Shown in pieces: positions 59,401-64,000 of a stretch of 64,000 nucleotides of DNA. Numbering within the stretch: the stretch's first letter is position 1; each line of letters starts with the position of its first letter. This DNA is from Podarcis gaigeae (taxonomy: Eukaryota). The DNA lies in assembly GCA_964106915.2 (NCBI GenBank), contig OZ066914.1; one strand, written 5' to 3'. Both the position numbers and the translations under genes were made by a program. The notes under the pieces were generated by a model, which made no database searches, had not been told where the DNA came from, and worked only from the letters and a program-made list of their open reading frames with translations.

Positions 59401-62400
59401 CCAGGGAGTTTGCCATCTTGCACACTGCATGATGCTGTGATGTGGATATGAAGATATCAAGATTTATTGGTCTAACAGATATGCAGTGCAAAGACAGACA
59501 AAACTAAGCATTATGAAAATAATCATCTCTAATCCATACTTTTTAATCATACACAAGAAATCTTGGACTCTGCCAGTATATACTTAGTTCAGGAAGACGT
59601 CTTCCGGCACATTATACTCACCTGTAGAGCTTTTCATTCTGATATCTAATTAAAAAGGAAAAGAGAAATATCCTAGTGAAGAACTATTAATGTTATGGCA
59701 AATCAGAAATGTAATAATGAATTTTTAACAACCAAACATCCATTGTTCCCTTTGGGCCTGACTCCATATAACAAGGATGTCCTAAGCAGGCTTCCTCAAA
59801 CTCGGCCCTCCAGATGTTTTGAGACTACAACTCCCATCATCCCTGACAACTGGTCCTGCTATCTAGGGATCATGGGAGTTGTAGACCAAAAACATCTGGA
59901 GGACCAAGTTTGAGGAAGCCTATCCTCAGGCAATATATTCATCAATAACTGTATTGGAACAGTTCTAAGTGGAACTCACAGTAGCTGTCATGACGGTAAA
60001 GCTGCTGAAATCAAACTGATAATAATAATTTGTAATAATTTTATTATTTGTACCCTGCCCCAGTCACTCTGGGCAGCTTCCAGCATATATAAAAACATAA
60101 GGGACTGTATTATCTGCCATACAACCCAGTCAAAGCTGCAATTATGAGCTTTACAGAAGAATCAACTTCCCCATATCACCCCAACAAGTTATATTTTTCT
60201 GTCGGGTTGGCAGCATTGAAGAAAAGATGTAGGGTTGTTGCCGACAAATTAATCCTGTTCCCAAAAGGACTTCCATTTGTGCAATGGAACTTCCATTCCC
60301 TCTCCTCCCCCCTCCACCAAATGGTCCTGGGGCTTTCTCTAACCTTCTGCAGTAGATTTCAGGGAGATGCAGGAAGAGGAGAAGGAAAGGGGCTTCCACT
60401 GCAGAAGTGATAATCCTTGTGCAAATGGGAAAACTTTGCCGGATACACTCCTTAATATGTGAATTAGGCAGAAGGTGATTAATATTGACTACCGGTGTCG
60501 ATATGTTGCTGAATCCAAGGGAGCACCTTGGTAAGGTCTGTAAAAACTCCTGGTGTTCCTCTTCTGTTATACTTTTTTTTTAGGTTTTGCATCCAGCCGC
60601 GAGCACACCCATAGCCCCATGAGGTCACCCCAACCAGGGTCCAAGAACCATGCTCACGCATGCACACAAGAGATCCCCCAGAGTCACCCTGCAGGGAAAA
60701 GAAACAGATCTAAATAAGGCATATATAAAGCACTGCATGCGAGTAATTTAAGCGATCCTTCAAAAGTACACCCTGCAGTTGTCCAATGGACAGGACTGCC
60801 CCTGCCATGTGGCAGTTTGAAGTGATCTGTTTAAGGCAAAGCTATGAGGATGGGGGGATGCGGGTGGCGCTGTGGGTTAAATCACAGAGCCTAGGACTTG
60901 CCGATCAGAAGGTCGGTGGTTCGAATCCCCGTGACAGGGTGAGCTCTCGTTGCTCGGTCCTAGCTCCTGCCAACCTAGCAGTTCGAAAGCACGTCAAAGT
61001 GCAAGTAGATAAATAGGTACCGCTCCGGTGGAAAGGTAAACGGTGTTTCCGTGTGCTGCTCTGGCTCGCCAGAAGCGGCTTAGTCATGCTGGCCACATGA
61101 CCCGGAAGCTGTACACCGGCTCCCCAGAGTCGGCCACGACTGGACCTAATGGTCAGGGATCCCTTTACCTTTACTATGGGGAACAGGAACAGAGGAAGGC
61201 AAGAATTTATGTCTGAACGCTACAGATGTTTTCATAGCACTGGCTGTACCAGTGGGATGGGACACCATTTGAGTTTCGCTTCAGGCAGCAGAATGTTTTG
61301 GGCCTGAAGTGCTTGCGACGGACTGCCGCTTCATGAAAAGGAGTCTAACAGTGGGTGTCAAGAGTGGAACCTGGGATCTTCTGCATGAAAAGTATGAGCT
61401 CCATCTCTTTGCTCTGTTCTTCCTCCTGGAAAGTTCCCCCGCCCCATCACAGAGATGGAATGGCAGGCAGGGAGATGGGAAGAAAAGGCTCTTCATTTTA
61501 CCAACCTGGCAGGCATCCTTTCCACCATCTGGAAACCCAGCACACATTAGAGTGTCACCCTGAACAGGTTTCTTTAAAGTTGACAATGCTCTAGAACATT
61601 CACTGTGGTCTAGGATGGGCAACTCCACTTCATGCAGGACTTCAGGGAGGATACCATCTAGAAAACAAGCACACCATAGGGAACGGTTTTATAGCAAGTT
61701 ACTCTATTGGTCCATTTATTCTGACAGCAGCTCTCCAGGACCTCAGACAAAGGTCTTCCCCATCACCTATTGCCCCACCTTTTATTTCTTTTAACTGGTG
61801 ATGTCAGGGCTAGAACTTGGAAGACCTTCTGCATGACAAGCAGGTGCTTTGTAACCAAGATATGATCCTTTCCCCAAATGCCCAAGCCAGACAGTGAATG
61901 GTGTTGGTGAAGGAACAGTACATTAGAGCGAGGGAGACAATAATTTTTTCAGCCATTCATTCAATGTGGCTGCCACAGAAAAATATGGCAAGTGACACTA
62001 CAGGAAGTAGAGCCAAGGCGAATTTTGGAATATTCAGTGTGAGGTCATTGGACATTGAAGGGAGGGGGGGGATTTAGTTATGTCCTTCCTTCCTTCCTTC
62101 CTTCCTTAAGACATTTTCAACAAAACAAAAATAAGAACAGGCTTCTGAATATTTCTTTACAGCAGTATCCAGTATTTGCTCACTAAGAAGCTTTAGTAAA
62201 GACATCAGTCTGGAGTTGAAAGTTGTACACTGGAAGAAGACATGTTTCCCCAAAGCTCCTTAATTGTGAGAAGGGTCACCTTTCTTGAGCCTCTTCAGTC
62301 TGTCATTGCTTCTCTCTTCTCTGCTGTGACGGCTTCAAAACCACTCCCCCTACCCTTCTCATTTATTATTGTACCTTTGTTTCAGCATATGGGAAGTCTT

Positions 62401-62613
62401 AACCAGTTGGGGATTGTGTTGCAAAGGGATGAATCACAAAACATCAACTCACATCAAAAAACTTTACACAGCTGCTTTGATATGGCCGTGCTTCCAAAAA
62501 TAATAGCTTAGGCTTACTTTCTCTTAGGCGACCCCAACCAGAAGTGACACATACGTATCCTGGATCGAACGTTTCATTGGGTTCAGGAAGACATACTGGC
62601 CCAACTGTTGAAC
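44484..62613 (-). CDS. OVCH2: Ovochymase-2 / oviductin, 5'-partial: protease1 (C-terminal half)-CUB1-CUB2-protease2
   Basis: Fifteen phase-compatible exons plus a probable terminal exon. GDSGG occurs twice; two CUB domains; SR|IVGG activation site; adjacent to CYB5R2. Confidence 0.93.
46395..46560 (-). CDS. OVCH2: OVCH2 exon, protease 2 catalytic Ser (GDSGGPLVC...[18 protein letters not shown]...WI)
   Basis: tattag| acceptor; A|gtaggc donor, or read-through to TAA at 46372. Confidence 0.92.
47591..47742 (-). CDS. OVCH2: OVCH2 exon ([15 protein letters not shown]...[14 protein letters not shown])
   Basis: ctcaag| ... ACA|gtaagc, 152 nt. Confidence 0.93.
47947..48142 (-). CDS. OVCH2: OVCH2 exon, protease 2 catalytic Asp (DSDIALVEL...VRPVCLP...TGWG)
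   Basis: ttccag| ... G|gtgagt, 196 nt. Confidence 0.93.
48683..48755 (-). CDS. OVCH2: OVCH2 exon ([24 protein letters not shown])
   Basis: gtaaag| ... CAG|gttagt, 73 nt. Confidence 0.88.
49499..49685 (-). CDS. OVCH2: OVCH2 exon, protease 2 activation site and His (SRIVGG...TAAHC)
   Basis: tgccag| ... AT|gtaagt, 187 nt. Confidence 0.93.
50253..50502. mobile_element. hAT MITE, 250 bp
   Basis: caggggtcacaaact ... agtttgcctacccatg; near-perfect 8-bp TSD tcttaca[a/c]. Confidence 0.75.
50562..52246 (-). mobile_element. Short (1.7 kb) L1-like non-autonomous retroelement with both termini
   Basis: 15-bp TSD ccactttgcaaaata (50547 and 52247); CpG-rich 5' end ggacttccgggttggcgccat; AATAAA and A-rich tail at the 3' end. 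Confidence 0.75.
52352..52555. mobile_element. Penelope-like inverted terminal-repeat insertion with hammerhead core
   Basis: 57-bp inverted repeat (52402-52458 / 52475-52531, one mismatch); 14-bp flanking direct repeat caactctaaaacag. Confidence 0.8.
52600..53930 (-). mobile_element. Decayed L2-like LINE ORF2 fragment
   Basis: Minus strand encodes LDYC (near 53090) and degenerate RPIS / FQSG RT motifs; many stops; boundaries approximate. Confidence 0.6.
53498..53694. repeat. Perfect 95-bp tandem duplication with a 7-nt spacer
   Basis: 53498-53592 is identical to 53600-53694. Confidence 0.95.
54358..54438 (-). CDS. OVCH2: OVCH2 linker exon ([16 protein letters not shown]...DIP)
   Basis: aactag| ... 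G|gtaaat, 81 nt, phase 1-1. Confidence 0.82.
54530..54661 (-). CDS. OVCH2: OVCH2 exon, CUB2 end ([11 protein letters not shown]...[12 protein letters not shown])
   Basis: ctttag| ... G|gtaatg, 132 nt. Confidence 0.92.
55140..55175. repeat. (GT)n microsatellite
   Basis: Direct read. Confidence 0.95.
55502..55595 (-). CDS. OVCH2: OVCH2 exon, CUB2 ([19 protein letters not shown])
   Basis: tcgaag| ... G|gtttgt, 94 nt. Confidence 0.9.
56390..56449. repeat. (AAAG)n microsatellite
   Basis: Direct read. Confidence 0.95.
56722..56852 (-). CDS. OVCH2: OVCH2 exon, CUB2 start ([10 protein letters not shown]...[14 protein letters not shown]...VVK)
   Basis: ttctag| ... AAG|gtacaa, 131 nt. Confidence 0.92.
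57678..57818 (-). CDS. OVCH2: OVCH2 exon, CUB1 end (KFCGKEPP...[12 protein letters not shown])
   Basis: tttcag| ... G|gtaagt, 141 nt. Confidence 0.92.
59111..59244 (-). CDS. OVCH2: OVCH2 exon, CUB1 ([11 protein letters not shown]...CDYDALSV)
   Basis: atctag| ... G|gtgagt, 134 nt. Confidence 0.92.
59344..59434 (-). CDS. OVCH2: OVCH2 exon, CUB1 start (SCSVQDGKL...FYQDNQ)
   Basis: tcacag| ... CA|gtgagt, 91 nt. Confidence 0.9.
59622..59645 (-). CDS. OVCH2: OVCH2 24-nt linker exon (DIRMKSST)
   Basis: aattag| ... G|gtgagt, phase 1-1. Confidence 0.78.
59787..59921. mobile_element. Palindromic hAT-derived MITE
   Basis: aggcttcctcaaact ... agtttgaggaagcct TIRs; gactacaactcccat core. Confidence 0.75.
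60493..60688 (-). CDS. OVCH2: OVCH2 exon, protease 1 catalytic Ser (GDSGGSLVC...WIQQHIDT)
   Basis: ctgcag| ... G|gtagtc, 196 nt. Confidence 0.94.
60855..61174 (+). mobile_element. Sauria SINE
   Basis: Head, core and CCTTTA tail; small internal deletion near the 3' end. Confidence 0.93.
61506..61657 (-). CDS. OVCH2: OVCH2 exon ([15 protein letters not shown]...[13 protein letters not shown])
   Basis: ttctag| ... CAG|gttggt, 152 nt. Confidence 0.94.
62518..62613 (-). CDS. OVCH2: OVCH2 exon ([11 protein letters not shown]...TSGWGRLRE)
   Basis: tggcag| ... A|gtaagc, 96 nt. Confidence 0.93.
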
Positions 62614-63552
62614 CTGCCATGAACACAGTGGCATACTGGAATATTAATGTGTGACATATTAGAATAATGTTAATTTAAGTCCCAACCCTTTTGAGCTCCA
62701 AATGAAAAGCAACATCACACAAACTGTTAAACTTTTTGGTTTTGTGTTGCTTCTCAAATGTCTGTAATTCAGAAAAACCTGAATACAAGCCCTTTCTTTC
62801 TCTCATCCATAAACAAGCCACAAAAAAATACAGTTCTATAGGACCATAAAGATTTCTGCAAGATCCCCACATCTCTCAAGTCCCAGTCCCATACAGCAGT
62901 GTGTGAGCCATTTCCCCATGATGTGACCCCACTTTGCTTAGAAAATTGCCTTATACCACATTTTTCTACTGGTTTATCTAGCTTCTGGCCGTGTGTGACT
63001 TTAAAGCACATCCATAGTGCATTTCCTGCCCCCCACCCAAGAATTCTGGGCACTGTCATTAGTCAAGTGCTGTTGGGAATTGTAACTCTCTGAATGCCCA
63101 GAATTATTTAAGGGAAAGAATGGGTTTCAAATGCACTTTTAAAGGTATTGCGTGTAACACAGTTTTAATATTGTCTACAGTGACTGGTGGTGCTCTCTCC
63201 AGGGATTCAGGACACAAACAGTAGTTACTAGACCTTTGCAGCCCTTGCAGTGGGAGCTATGCTCTGAATCCACCGGATAAATGGGTGGAAAAAACACAAT
63301 TATCAAGGACATAGAAGATCAAGTCTTGCTGAAGAAGGATCAGCATGGCTTCTGCAAAGCTAAGTCCTGCCTCGCTAATCTTTCAGAGCTAATCTTTCAC
63401 CCCAAAGCCAGAGGTTACTACACACACTCACATCCAGGCCAAGCACGGGACATTATCTACACAGCTATCAAAGGAGAGGTTGTCTTGTTTATCCCAGTGA
63501 GAGAGACAGAGAAGGGGAGATGGGATATGCAGAGCAATCATATTTAGAAATA

Positions 63553-63906
63553 AAAAGGTAAAGGTAAAGGACCCCTGACAGTTAAGTCCAATCACAGATG
63601 ACTATGGGGTTGCGGCGCTCATCTCGCTTTAAAGGCCGAGGGAGCCGGCGTTTGTCCGCAGACAGTTATTCCGAGTCATGTGATCAGCATGACTAAGCTG
63701 CTTCTGGCACAACAGAACACCGAAACCAGAGTAGTGCATGGAAGCGCTGTTTACCTTCCCGCCAGATGTGCTTTCGAACTGCTAGGTTGGCAGGAGCTGG
63801 GACTGAGCAACAGGAGCTCACCCCATTGTGGGGATTTGAACCACCAACCTTCTGATCAGCAAGCCCAAGAGGCTCAGTGGTTTAGACCACAGCGCCACCC
63901 GCATCC
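63553..63906 (-). mobile_element. Sauria SINE (reverse)
   Basis: (AAAGGT)n tail at left, reverse-complement head at right; 9-bp TSD tatttagaa. Confidence 0.92.
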
Positions 63907-64000
63907 TATTTAGAACTACTCAGAAGTAAATCTCACAGAGTTCAACAGGATATATTTCAGTGAAAACATGAAGAGGATTGCAGCCTTGCATTCAGTTTCT

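Noticed and set aside
63281-63547. ORF containing QHGFCKAKSCLANL
   Set aside because: A short decayed CR1-type reverse transcriptase fragment, not an OVCH2 exon or a gene.

Overview
Vertebrate nuclear DNA from a squamate reptile (six Sauria SINEs; probably a lacertid lizard, by inference). It holds the syntenic block PPFIBP2 (+) / CYB5R2 (-) / OVCH2 (-). I reconstructed exons by hand from splice sites, phase continuity and recalled orthologue sequences. PPFIBP2 (liprin-beta-2): 3' part, three SAM domains, a GC-AG intron, two cassette exons and two alternative C-termini. CYB5R2: complete 9-exon gene, 304 aa, with an N-terminal membrane anchor. OVCH2: 3' part, arranged protease-CUB-CUB-protease, with an intact His/Asp/Ser triad in the second protease domain. 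The introns carry Sauria SINEs, LINE fragments, a short L1-like element with both ends, a solo LTR beside the CYB5R2 promoter, nested Tc1/mariner-type and hAT MITEs with internal minisatellites, a Chapaev3-like transposon, and two Penelope-like termini with minimal hammerhead ribozyme cores. There is one 165-N assembly gap. Most ORFs in the supplied track are spurious. I found no evidence of a wholly new biological system; the best leads are the second OVCH2 protease domain, the hammerhead motifs and the PPFIBP2 splicing features.
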